A stretch of 64,000 nucleotides of DNA, from the NCBI GenBank assembly GCA_040773245.1, contig JAXGWO010000003.1, positions 6,629 to 70,628 of the forward strand, read 5' to 3'. The translations under genes and the position numbers were made by a program. Shown here in pieces: positions 1 to 9,221 of this stretch. The stretch's first letter is position 1, and every line of letters begins with the position of its first letter. This DNA comes from PVC group bacterium (lineage in GTDB: Bacteria; Auribacterota; Erginobacteria; Erginobacterales; Erginobacteraceae). A model generated the notes under the pieces. The model worked only from the letters and a program-made list of their open reading frames with translations. It searched no databases and was not told the DNA's origin.

Positions 1-5
1 TGTAG

Positions 6-3000
6 ATGACCGAAGCTGCAAATGGGATTCCGCTGCCTCCATCGGACATTCGCAAACTGCGAGAGTGCCAACGACTGGCACTGCAGAAGATCGCATCTTG
101 GCATGGACCGAAGGCGCACGAGACCTTTCTTGCTTGTATGCCGACGGGGACCGGTAAAACGGGCGTCATTGCCCTTAGCGGGTTGTATTTCGCCAAGAAG
201 GATGTGCTGATTGTCACGCCTTGGGACAACCTTCGAACCCAGATGGTAGATGCTCTCGAAGCAAAATTCTGGGAGAACTCAGGAATCACCAAGCCCGAAG
301 GATTCCGAGCAAAGGCCTTCTCCGGCAAAGACCTCGCTGACGAGTTCAAGAAGATAAAACCAGACACGCCGCGAACGTTCTGGGTTACGACGTTCCAAGG
401 CCTCTGGACGACCAGCAAAAGCAAGGAAACCTTCTCTGAACTGCGATCACGTCTCGACCTGGTCGTAATCGATGAAGGACACTACGAACCCGCTATGTGG
501 TGGGGGCACGCCGCCAAAGAGCTCAAGACTCCTACAATCCTGTTTACCGCGACGCCCTACCGCAATGATCTGAAGTACTTCCGCATTCGGGAAAAGGATG
601 TGTCGCACTATAAATACAAGGATGCCGTAACTGAAGATGTCATTCGGCGCGTTGCGCCGACGCCACTCGGAGAAGCTGGAGGGTCCACTGAAGAAATTGC
701 GGCTGCCATCGCCGAGAAATGGAGTAGCGCCAAGAAGCGCACCTTGGCGAACCCGCATCCCAAGATGATTGTTTGCTGCCGCAATTTCCAAGCGGTAAAG
801 GCGTACACCCTCCAACTGGCGAAGCTTGACCTTCCGGTTATCGGCATTCACATCCGCGCGACTAAGAAGCATCTGTCGGCCAAGCAGCTGAAGCTCTTCA
901 GAAGCAAAGTACCGAAAGACCCTTCGGATGAGTCAGCAGAGATATGGGTTCACGAGAAGATGCTCACCGAGGGACTCGACCATCCGCCCTTCTGTTCGCT
1001 CGCAATCACCTACAATATGAGAAATGACCGCAAGTTGATTCAGCAAATCGGCAGGGTTGTGCGGCGAGCTAATGATGATCGGCATAACAACGCCGTTGTT
1101 TACTCGGTTGGCGACGCCTGCGTCGATGCCAGTTGGGAATCGTTTCAGGATTTCGAGGATGACTTTCGTGTGGTCACCACCGAGTACTACAGAGACTTCA
1201 TTGACAACCACCTGAGCAATCAACCTGCGGTGGAGTACTTCGGCAAGCGATTCAGGCGACAACTTGTACCCAAAGAGCTTTCCGCAGAGGTGGCGGGGCG
1301 CGAACTGCTTTCTCTTCCGAGCGTCATAGCGCGTCGCATTGGTGACAACTTTGATATCGACAAGTTCGTCTACGACGTAACCGATAATATCCAACTGCAA
1401 GAGGATTTCGTTGCTCTCGGCCCGATCAGGGACTCGCCGGTGTTATCGCCAGAGGACACTGCGCCCGTGAAGGGAGCGGTGTGGTTATATTGTAGGTTTT
1501 CCAACTCGCGTGCGTTACTTGCGCATTCTGCTTATGAGGTGAAGCTCTCGGCTCTTTGTGTTGTCCTGATCAATCCCTTTCTGTTTGTTTCCGATACGGA
1601 TGCGTTTGTGCCCGCGGAATCTCTTGAGAAACACACCTTCCCATTGCGTCTATCTGACCTGCGCCGAGCGTTCGCAAGTGGGTACCTGCCCACGCAAGTG
1701 CAACTGAAGAACTCCCTACCACACCAAAGCGTGGTACGTGGGACGACACGGTCAGGCAAGAACCTTGCGGAGGTACCCAACTCGCTCACCGAATCAAAGT
1801 ACATCTGTAGTTCGATTCGCGGGAGAAACCCGACCGAAGGGCGTAGGTATGTAGGCTTCACTACTGGACGTCTAAGCGATGATCGAAATGGTATGCGGCG
1901 CTACGAAATGTGCTTCACTGACTTAATCAGGTGGTGTGAAGAGGTTGCTAGGGTGCTGCGGACCTCTGCTGCCACTCACACCTTCTTCCTGCGATTCGCA
2001 CGCCTTGTAGACCCACCTGCGGCGATTGAGCCACACTATGGTTTCTTGGACTTCTGGTCTGGTGCCTTCACGCTCGTGGATCAGGACGGCAACACCAGGG
2101 AACCGATGGATGCCGTGTTTCAGTTTATTCCTGAGGATGCCGATGGAGACGATAAGACGACCAAGGCTTACAGGTTCCACATCCGCGGTGAACTCGACGG
2201 CAAGGAGGAAACAGCGGAGTTGAGAACCTTCTGGCGGGATGGACGATTTCACTTCAAAGCGGTCGAAACCAACGGCCTGGTCATCCGAGAGGCCATAACA
2301 AGCTCTAGCGGTGAGCAAGAATCTACCAGGGACGTTGAGATTGCCTCCTTCTGCAGCCGGAAGCAAGGCGACCTGTTCATTTCACTTGCCTCAAGTAACG
2401 TGATCTTCAATAGCGGAAGCTTCTTCGAGGTCGATCCTACGAGCAATTATTCAGACCTTGGCGGCATGTTCATCGGTTGCGATGAACTCAATCGGGAAGG
2501 ACTTTCCGAGAAGAACCCCAAAGGCAAGAAAAGGATGAAGAGCTGGTGCAAGCAGTCAATCTTCGGAATTGCCAGTTCAGACTCCTTTTTAGCCCGAGAG
2601 TTCGGTGGCAAGCCGGATCTGATTGTGTGTGACGACGGCTCCGACGAGATTGCCGACTTCGTCCTCGTCCAGTTCGATCCACCGAAGTTCGTGCTCGTCC
2701 ACTGCAAGTCTAAACCGCGTAAGGACGACGACAAGGAGCTGCGCGCTGTCTGCGAGCTCCAAGAGGTGGTGTCACAGGCATCAAAGAACCTGGTGTATAT
2801 GTCTGGGCGAAGTCAGATTCCGCCCCACATTGACGAGTGGACGAAGACCAAGAACGTGTACGGTTTCCAGGTGCCGCGGCTACTGCGCAAGGTTGGCACG
2901 AAGCTCTCGGGAACAGCTCTCTGGAATCATATCAGCGACAATGTCCTGCTCAGCAGAAACACAGAGAAGGAAGTGTGGATCATAGTCGGGGGCGCACTCA

Positions 3001-3149
3001 CAAAGTCATGGATCGACCGCGAACTTGCGAAGTGCAAACGAGCGCAGTCGAACCTGGCGTGTCTGTTTCATATGGTTGACGGCCTGAGCGCCTCTTGTAC
3101 GGAAGCCAACGCCAGGCTTAAGGTATTCTGCAACTCCGGAGATAGCTGA
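6..3149 (+). CDS. SF2 (ResIII/DEAD-like) helicase fused to a C-terminal Mrr-like PD-(D/E)xK-type nuclease-like domain; 1047 aa
   Basis: Complete SF2 motif set in the N-terminal ~360 aa: motif I MPTGTGKTG (nt ~139-165), Ia IVTPWDNL, II VVIDEGHY (DExH, nt ~463-486), III TATPYRN, VI QQIGRVVRR. C-terminal region has CDDGSDEIADFVLV ... VLVHCKSK (nt ~2614-2715), resembling the Mrr_cat DGxxD ... QCK core. Lower GC than downstream host genes. Stop overlaps next start (TGATG). Confidence 0.6.
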   Translation: MTEAANGIPLPPSDIRKLRECQRLALQKIASWHGPKAHETFLACMPTGTGKTGVIALSGLYFAKKDVLIVTPWDNLRTQMVDALEAKFWENSGITKPEGFRAKAFSGKDLADEFKKIKPDTPRTFWVTTFQGLWTTSKSKETFSELRSRLDLVVIDEGHYEPAMWWGHAAKELKTPTILFTATPYRNDLKYFRIREKDVSHYKYKDAVTEDVIRRVAPTPLGEAGGSTEEIAAAIAEKWSSAKKRTLANPHPKMIVCCRNFQAVKAYTLQLAKLDLPVIGIHIRATKKHLSAKQLKLFRSKVPKDPSDESAEIWVHEKMLTEGLDHPPFCSLAITYNMRNDRKLIQQIGRVVRRANDDRHNNAVVYSVGDACVDASWESFQDFEDDFRVVTTEYYRDFIDNHLSNQPAVEYFGKRFRRQLVPKELSAEVAGRELLSLPSVIARRIGDNFDIDKFVYDVTDNIQLQEDFVALGPIRDSPVLSPEDTAPVKGAVWLYCRFSNSRALLAHSAYEVKLSALCVVLINPFLFVSDTDAFVPAESLEKHTFPLRLSDLRRAFASGYLPTQVQLKNSLPHQSVVRGTTRSGKNLAEVPNSLTESKYICSSIRGRNPTEGRRYVGFTTGRLSDDRNGMRRYEMCFTDLIRWCEEVARVLRTSAATHTFFLRFARLVDPPAAIEPHYGFLDFWSGAFTLVDQDGNTREPMDAVFQFIPEDADGDDKTTKAYRFHIRGELDGKEETAELRTFWRDGRFHFKAVETNGLVIREAITSSSGEQESTRDVEIASFCSRKQGDLFISLASSNVIFNSGSFFEVDPTSNYSDLGGMFIGCDELNREGLSEKNPKGKKRMKSWCKQSIFGIASSDSFLAREFGGKPDLIVCDDGSDEIADFVLVQFDPPKFVLVHCKSKPRKDDDKELRAVCELQEVVSQASKNLVYMSGRSQIPPHIDEWTKTKNVYGFQVPRLLRKVGTKLSGTALWNHISDNVLLSRNTEKEVWIIVGGALTKSWIDRELAKCKRAQSNLACLFHMVDGLSASCTEANARLKVFCNSGDS

Positions 3150-4282
3150 TGGCTCGATCGAGCAAACTAAGGGTGATGATCTCGAGCAGATGTAATGACG
3201 TGTTTCCTCACGGCAGCGGCTCAGGAAGGACACTCTCGGATATCCGCCGTGATCTGAAGAAAGACATCGAAGCCGAGAAGGTACTTGGTAAGAAGACCTT
3301 TGATGTGTGGATCAATGAGGAGTCTCCGCCAAAGGGTGGCACCTGGGATAGCTGGGACACGTGCATTAAGGCTGCAAAAGATTGCGACATACTCCTGGTT
3401 CTGACGAATGGCAATGCTGGATGGGCTGGCGCGGCAGGAGATATCGGAATATGCCACGCGGAATTGTCGACAGGGCTTTCGTCCGCTCCTGGGAAGGTGT
3501 GGCTGATTTCTTTGGGGGACATCCCGTGTCCAGCCACTGCGGAAGGGAATCGCAACAAACGATTCCAAAATTTCGTGAACACCCAGAGCCTCTTCCGTGG
3601 AGGAGTCGTCAAGACAGAGGCTGACCTCAAGAATCGTGTAAAGGAGGCCCTGCAAAATGCTGTCGTTGACCTCGTGCAGAAGGGCGTTGCCGAGGCGAGC
3701 CGCGGGAAGTTCCACAGCGGCGCAGCGCTCGACTGGGATCGCCTAGATTTCGAAAATCGGCGGAGCAAGATGAAGTCGATAGTCCGCGATACCCTTCAGG
3801 GGCGATTAGGCACTAAGTCAGATGGGGATCATGAGGTTGTGAGTATTGGAGGAAAGGAAATCCTGCTTGTTTCCGATGCTATCCCTGCCGCCATGTCGAT
3901 ATCGGCAGCGCGGGAAAAGGTTGGACAGCCATTTCTTCATGACCACCTGTTAGTCGCTTCACTCAAGGGGGCTCGCGGAGGACCTGTTCACATCATTGCC
4001 TGTCACAAGGGCGTGACTGAGGCGCAAGCGCTTCGAATGCTTGGCTTCCCAGATGCAACCGTTGTGAACACGCCATTTGGAATCTATCTTGCGGACGGCA
4101 TACAGCGCATCCAGCTTGTGTTGATCTCCGGGTGCAGAGATGAGTCGACCACACGACATGGCATCCAAAGGTTCTTCGATTGGCTCCAGCAGACAGGCGA
4201 GGATAGACTGCTTGCACAAAGAGCTGTGTCACGAGCGAAGATTGTGGCCGTCATCTCAAAGGAGTTAGCGGTCGCCAAATGA
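3149..4282 (+). CDS. Hypothetical protein with DUF4062-like N-terminal domain (VMISSRCNDVF ... DIRRDLKKDIE); 377 aa
   Basis: ATG overlaps upstream stop by 1 nt (translational coupling). N-terminal pattern hISSxxxD ... DLKxxxE recalls the DUF4062 domain found at N-termini of many defence-island proteins. Remainder has no motif I can name. Confidence 0.45.
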   Translation: MARSSKLRVMISSRCNDVFPHGSGSGRTLSDIRRDLKKDIEAEKVLGKKTFDVWINEESPPKGGTWDSWDTCIKAAKDCDILLVLTNGNAGWAGAAGDIGICHAELSTGLSSAPGKVWLISLGDIPCPATAEGNRNKRFQNFVNTQSLFRGGVVKTEADLKNRVKEALQNAVVDLVQKGVAEASRGKFHSGAALDWDRLDFENRRSKMKSIVRDTLQGRLGTKSDGDHEVVSIGGKEILLVSDAIPAAMSISAAREKVGQPFLHDHLLVASLKGARGGPVHIIACHKGVTEAQALRMLGFPDATVVNTPFGIYLADGIQRIQLVLISGCRDESTTRHGIQRFFDWLQQTGEDRLLAQRAVSRAKIVAVISKELAVAK

Positions 4283-4291
4283 GGGCGGCGT

Positions 4292-4513
4292 ATGAAACAC
4301 CTCACTCAAACAGACCACGTATGGTCGCAGTTGGGTGACAATGCACTACTAAAGAATGCTTGGCCCCGGCTTTTTGTCGAAGAAATGGAATATGCAGGAG
4401 CAATTGCGCGAACAACAGCATACAGCGGACGGCGCTTCGCGCCGCCGCTGATGCTGAGCGTTCGGCAAAAAGAAATAGGAATCACCTATCGCAAATCGTC
4501 AATAGGAGATTAG
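4292..4513 (+). CDS. Small hypothetical ORF (73 aa) in the 232-nt gap between the DUF4062-like and HerA-like genes
   Basis: ORF exactly fills the intergenic gap and has a weak GAGGG upstream. No recognisable motif. May simply be a spacer or internal promoter region. Confidence 0.15.
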   Translation: MKHLTQTDHVWSQLGDNALLKNAWPRLFVEEMEYAGAIARTTAYSGRRFAPPLMLSVRQKEIGITYRKSSIGD

Positions 4514-4514
4514 G

Positions 4515-6656
4515 ATGACTGACATCGTATCGAATCTGGCCGGAAGGTTAAGCGAACCGGAGTTGAGCGAGCCCCTGCAAGCGGCCAGCCGGGCGCTGAC
4601 AGCCCTAGTTGAGGACACCGCCTACGTCGGCGAAGTCTACTCGCTCGGATACGACGAAGCCCTTGTCCAGATACACGACTTCCACCGCCAACGGGTCGGC
4701 GGCATTCCTGCGCTCTCCTTCTTGATCGCTACCCGTGTCGGCACTGGCGCCTTGGCAGACGTGCGACAGGAGGACGCCTCCATCGTGCTCCTACGTGTTC
4801 TTGATAAAGCCGACCTACCCAATGCGGACGAAGCCCTGCGCGTCCGAGTCGAAACGGCACAGCGGGTAAGCGGTGAAGTAACTCGGCACTGGGACGACCG
4901 GACCGTTATGGACCCGACGACGCACAATCTGCTCAGCTACGCTGGCGTCCGATGCCGAGTGCTGGGAACCTATTATATGGTCAACGCCGGCTCCGACAAC
5001 GCCCCCGTGTTCCGCCTCTTCTTCGGCTCGGACCTCAGTAACTACTACCCCAACCGTGGCCTGAAGGTCTTCAAGCCGCGCGGCAGCGTGCTGGAGGACA
5101 TCGTCAACTTCCGTGACCCCCGGCTGCCTGTTGCCGCACACGACGGCGATGTCTCCATCGGACAGGTTCGCTACGCTTCGAGCCACCGGCCCTTCCAAGG
5201 CATCGACGGTGTGCCAGTGCAGATCACGCCGACGGACCTTCTCGGCCAGAAGACCGCACTCTTCGGGATGACACGTACCGGCAAGTCGAACACTACGAAG
5301 ATCATTCTCAAGTCCATCTTCGCCCTCAGGTGGGGCCACAACCCGATTCGTATCGGCCAGATCGTCTTCGACCCGAACGGCGAGTATGCAAACGAGAACG
5401 AGCAGGACTCCGGAGGCAAAGGACTCAACGCCGAAGCAATTAAGAACGTCTGGAAGTGCGGCCCGGCCGCTCAGCACCAGCGATTGCAGGCGGATGTCAT
5501 TACCTACGGCATCATGGCACACCCAAACGATCCCCACCGGAGGCTGATGCTGCTGAACTTCTACCTCGACGCCAATCTCCAGATCGGCAAGGAGATCATC
5601 AACGATGCGCTGTCGGACCAGACCTCCACCTACCTAAGCAACTTCCGGAACGTCACGTTTGACCCGCCCGACGCGAATGATCGTTCGGCCGTGACCAGAT
5701 ACAACCGTCGCGTTCTCGCCTACCGAGCGTTGCTATTCAAAGCCGGGCTGCAAGTGCCAAGCAGCCTGAGGCCAAACACCCGCAACCTGTTCAATGCGAA
5801 TCTGTTGGCGACCCTGCATACGGACGCACAGAATGGTACTGGCAAGTCGCCCGCCGACTACGGCGTCTGCGCAACCATTCTCGCCAAGCAAACGCCGACG
5901 TGGGCTGAGCTTGCCCAAGCGTTTGAGATACTCCGCGACTACATCGCCGATAGTGGCTCCGGCTGGGGTGCGTTCAACGCGGCTTACGTTCAGACAAGCA
6001 GTTCTGGCTCATGGGCAGACGACGACCTCAAGAAGATTCTGGAGATGTTCGCCTATCCCAACGGCTCCCGCCTGATCGGGCGAGTGAAGGAGCAGCACAC
6101 ACCGGACACAAGCTCCGACTATGCCGCTGACATCTACGAACACCTCAAGCAAGGCCGGCTGGTAATTGTCGATCAGTCGAGCGGCAATCCCGAAATCAAC
6201 AAGGCGGCGGCGGATCGGGTGATGCGGCTAATCTTCGAAGGGCATCAGCAGCAGTTCCGCACGGCACAGACACCGCCCGAGGTGCTGGTGTATGTCGAGG
6301 AGGCCCACAATATCCTACCGTCCTCGCGGGAGCTTGACTTCCAGGACATCTGGGTCCGCTCCGCGAAGGAAGGGGCGAAGTATCACATCGGCTTAGTCTA
6401 CGCGACGCAGGAGGTGAGTTCGATCCAGCAGAACATCCTGCGAAACACGGTCAACTGGTTCATCGGCCATCTAAATAACACCGACGAGACACGCGAAATC
6501 CGCAAGTTCTACGACTTCGCCGACTTCGAGGGTAGCATTCTCCGTGCCCAGGACAAGGGCTTCGTCCGTGTGAAGACACTATCAAACCCGTATGTCATCC
6601 CGGTGCAGGTGGACCGCTTCCTTATCGAAGACACCTCGAACCCTCAGGGGGCGTGA
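4515..6656 (+). CDS. HerA/FtsK-like (DUF87-type) P-loop ATPase; 713 aa
   Basis: Strong SD (AGGAG, 9 nt upstream of ATG). Walker [15 protein letters not shown] (nt ~5261-5300). Walker B with HerA-typical hhhhDEAH-like [14 protein letters not shown]-terminal region consistent with a HAS-barrel-like segment. Size typical of HerA-family ATPases. Confidence 0.55.
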   Translation: MTDIVSNLAGRLSEPELSEPLQAASRALTALVEDTAYVGEVYSLGYDEALVQIHDFHRQRVGGIPALSFLIATRVGTGALADVRQEDASIVLLRVLDKADLPNADEALRVRVETAQRVSGEVTRHWDDRTVMDPTTHNLLSYAGVRCRVLGTYYMVNAGSDNAPVFRLFFGSDLSNYYPNRGLKVFKPRGSVLEDIVNFRDPRLPVAAHDGDVSIGQVRYASSHRPFQGIDGVPVQITPTDLLGQKTALFGMTRTGKSNTTKIILKSIFALRWGHNPIRIGQIVFDPNGEYANENEQDSGGKGLNAEAIKNVWKCGPAAQHQRLQADVITYGIMAHPNDPHRRLMLLNFYLDANLQIGKEIINDALSDQTSTYLSNFRNVTFDPPDANDRSAVTRYNRRVLAYRALLFKAGLQVPSSLRPNTRNLFNANLLATLHTDAQNGTGKSPADYGVCATILAKQTPTWAELAQAFEILRDYIADSGSGWGAFNAAYVQTSSSGSWADDDLKKILEMFAYPNGSRLIGRVKEQHTPDTSSDYAADIYEHLKQGRLVIVDQSSGNPEINKAAADRVMRLIFEGHQQQFRTAQTPPEVLVYVEEAHNILPSSRELDFQDIWVRSAKEGAKYHIGLVYATQEVSSIQQNILRNTVNWFIGHLNNTDETREIRKFYDFADFEGSILRAQDKGFVRVKTLSNPYVIPVQVDRFLIEDTSNPQGA

Positions 6657-6657
6657 C

Positions 6658-8022
6658 GTGCCATACGACGGTGAATACGCGACATACCGCCCTCTGCATC
6701 GGATCTCCGAGTGCCAAAGGGTGACGAGCCTTCTTGCCCGATCCAAGCTCTTGGAGGTAGCACGGGCCACCTACGCCCCGAAGCCCGTCGAAGCTCCTCC
6801 GCAGGCGCCAGCCTTGCCGCGGTTCATACTCGCGATAGACGGCAGCTACGCTGAAGTGGACGTGAAGAACGGCTATCCGGGCGCCAAGGTCGGCTACTGC
6901 ACTGCGGCGAGTGTGCTCCTTGACCTACACCTCATCGGCGAACTGGATGAAGAGCGTCCGGTTGATCCCGTCGAGTTCCGCAAGACAGAGCAAGCCGCAA
7001 GCGTCGACGCCGCGCTGCCGGGCAGCAACGTGGTCACGCGAAGGCAGAACTCCGCGCGGGCGTCGTTCCGCGAGGAACTCTACGACCTCTTCACCGACAT
7101 CGTCGTTGACGAAGACGACCGTATGAACTTGCTCTCGACCTACGAAGCACTGCTGGTGCTGAAACCGACGGCCAATCCTCAGAGTTGCCCATACAAGGAG
7201 TCGCACGGTTGCACGGCGGCATTCGCGGTTGGCTCCGGTTGCACGATGTGTCCGACCTGCGGTCGTCCCGTATACTCCACCGACGCCCTTCGCATCCATG
7301 AGCGGTTCAGGGACATCGGAACAAACGGCGAGGCGTTCGGCCTGGTAATGCAGGTTATGGAACGGCTGCTCGCAATCCATTTCCTCCGATGCTTTGAGCG
7401 CCGCAATCTGCTGCAACGTCTCCCGTCGCTCGCATTCTTCATCGACGGTCCATTGGCGGCGTTCGGCCCGCCGGCTTGGCTGAGCGCCGCTATCAGCCGG
7501 GAACTCAAACGACTCAATCAGAAGGTGCAGGCCGCAACCGGCCAGGACCTCTTGATCTTAGGCATCGAAAAGACCGGGGTTTTCGTGCAGCACTTCGAAG
7601 AAATCGACCAAACGGAAACGCCGGGACAGCAGCTTTTCTCCGCGCGGCAATACATACTCCTGACGGACGGCTATATCAAGGATCGTATCCTGCACTCCGA
7701 CAGCCACAAGCGGTACGGGGAAGATACCTATTTCGGCCGAAAGTTCTTCTACAAGGCGCAGAGTGGGGCTCGGATCGTCGCCAGCATTCCGTTTCTATCC
7801 GATGCTCAAGACACCATAGCCAATGACGACATCTCTCTCTATCCACAGTTCGCTGCCGTCTGCACGCTCCTGGATCGCGTGGTGTCGTCACGTTACGCGA
7901 ACTCGGTGTCGCCGTTGATTGCGGCCAATGCCCAGGCCGCTATCCCGCTGCAACTCGGATCGAAGGTGTTGACGCAACTGGCGAGGGCGCTTCTAGGAAC
8001 TGCTGAGAATGGCAGGAAATAG
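6658..8022 (+). CDS. NurA-like nuclease-domain protein with inserted Cys4 zinc ribbon; ~455 aa from GTG 6658 (ORF track alternative start ATG 6592 would overlap upstream gene by 65 nt)
   Basis: GTG at 6658 lies 1 nt after the HerA-like stop. N-terminal RFILAIDGSYAEVD (nt ~6824-6860) matches NurA motif I (catalytic Asp in IDGS). A second FFIDGP occurs later. CPYKESHGC ... CTMCPTCG cluster at nt ~7190-7265. Gene order ATPase then nuclease mirrors HerA-NurA operons. Confidence 0.4.
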   Translation: MPYDGEYATYRPLHRISECQRVTSLLARSKLLEVARATYAPKPVEAPPQAPALPRFILAIDGSYAEVDVKNGYPGAKVGYCTAASVLLDLHLIGELDEERPVDPVEFRKTEQAASVDAALPGSNVVTRRQNSARASFREELYDLFTDIVVDEDDRMNLLSTYEALLVLKPTANPQSCPYKESHGCTAAFAVGSGCTMCPTCGRPVYSTDALRIHERFRDIGTNGEAFGLVMQVMERLLAIHFLRCFERRNLLQRLPSLAFFIDGPLAAFGPPAWLSAAISRELKRLNQKVQAATGQDLLILGIEKTGVFVQHFEEIDQTETPGQQLFSARQYILLTDGYIKDRILHSDSHKRYGEDTYFGRKFFYKAQSGARIVASIPFLSDAQDTIANDDISLYPQFAAVCTLLDRVVSSRYANSVSPLIAANAQAAIPLQLGSKVLTQLARALLGTAENGRK

Positions 8023-9121
8023 CAAAACCTTCGGCACCGCGGCGAAGAGGTGGGAGGGAATCGGCCCATACTACGCCATGTTCCCGATTCGATTTGCCGA
8101 CGCGGTTATCAAAGAGCATACGGCAGCGGGTGACACAGTGCTTGACCCGTTCGCCGGCCGCGGGACCGCGATCTTCAGCGCATCGGCACTGGGGAGGCGC
8201 GGGTTCGGCGTTGAGATAAGTCCTGTCGGATGGGTCTACGCGAAGGCCAAGCTGGGCCCCGCGCCTCCGGAGCAAGTCGAGCAACGGCTACAGGAGATTG
8301 CTAATGCGGGCAGAGTCTATGCCGAGCAAGCCCGGTCTCTGCCGGAGTTCTTCAAGAAGTGCTTCTCTCCGTCTGTTCGGCGCTTCCTGCTCGCCGCGCG
8401 AGATGGACTCGACTGGCGTAGATGCACTTGCGACAGGACACTTATGGCGATCCTACTCGTCTACCTGCACGGGAAGGAAGGCCAGGCACTATCGAACCAG
8501 ATGAGGCAAACAAAGGCTATGTCACCGCAGTACGCCATCCAATGGTGGATTGAACACGGATCGAATCCGCCTGACTTAGATGCGGTGGAGTTTCTGCAGC
8601 AGCGAATCCGCTGGCGATACGCGAAGGGCGTGATTGAGGCGGATGACAGCCGGATTTTCCTGGGCAACAGCATCACCGTCCTTCCGCAATTGGCGAAGCG
8701 AATGCGCGAAGAGAAAGCCCCAAAAGCGAAGCTCTTGCTCACATCACCGCCGTACTTTGGCGTTACGAATTACCATTACGACCAGTGGCTTAGGCTCTGG
8801 TTGCTAGGATTTGAGACCGACGCCTACGTGGCCCGAGGGCCATACCAAGGCCGGTTCACCCATCCTGTCCGCTATCGAAGCTTGCTCAATAAGGTCTTCT
8901 GCCGCGCGGCGAAACTGATCGCGGACAACGCAGTGGTCTACGTCCGCACTAGCAAGGACCCGTTTACCAAGAAGGCGACGCTTGATACCATGCTCAAAGC
9001 CTTCCCGAAGAAGCGGCTGATCGAGCGATGCCAGCCATTCCGAAAACCGACGCAGACATTCCTTTTCGGCGACAACACGCCGAAGGCTGGCGAGGTAGAC
9101 TTAATCTTGTTGCCATCATGA
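8009..9121 (+). CDS. DNA methyltransferase, N6-adenine/N4-cytosine family (N6_N4_Mtase-like); 370 aa
   Basis: AdoMet motif I VLDPFAGRGTAIFSA (nt ~8140-8180) and catalytic motif IV LLTSPPYFGV (nt ~8744-8770; SPPY typical of N4C/N6A MTases). Order I ... IV with ~200 aa between. Start overlaps the NurA-like gene end by 14 nt. Confidence 0.75.
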   Translation: MAGNSKTFGTAAKRWEGIGPYYAMFPIRFADAVIKEHTAAGDTVLDPFAGRGTAIFSASALGRRGFGVEISPVGWVYAKAKLGPAPPEQVEQRLQEIANAGRVYAEQARSLPEFFKKCFSPSVRRFLLAARDGLDWRRCTCDRTLMAILLVYLHGKEGQALSNQMRQTKAMSPQYAIQWWIEHGSNPPDLDAVEFLQQRIRWRYAKGVIEADDSRIFLGNSITVLPQLAKRMREEKAPKAKLLLTSPPYFGVTNYHYDQWLRLWLLGFETDAYVARGPYQGRFTHPVRYRSLLNKVFCRAAKLIADNAVVYVRTSKDPFTKKATLDTMLKAFPKKRLIERCQPFRKPTQTFLFGDNTPKAGEVDLILLPS

Positions 9122-9221
9122 GAAACGAAACACAGTATGGGTTCCTAATGGAAGCAGCGCAATAGCCGATTGTGGCGGGCGATCCACTTTGCGGTCAGCC
9201 TCTGAAACGGGCTAGGAGGAA

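Noticed and set aside
933-7517. Minus-strand ORFs within the island genes (933-1400, 1923-2366, 3208-3768, 4815-5537, 6925-7416, 7179-7517)
   Set aside because: Each lies antisense inside a plus-strand gene with clear motifs and consistent coupling. No RBS or motif support.
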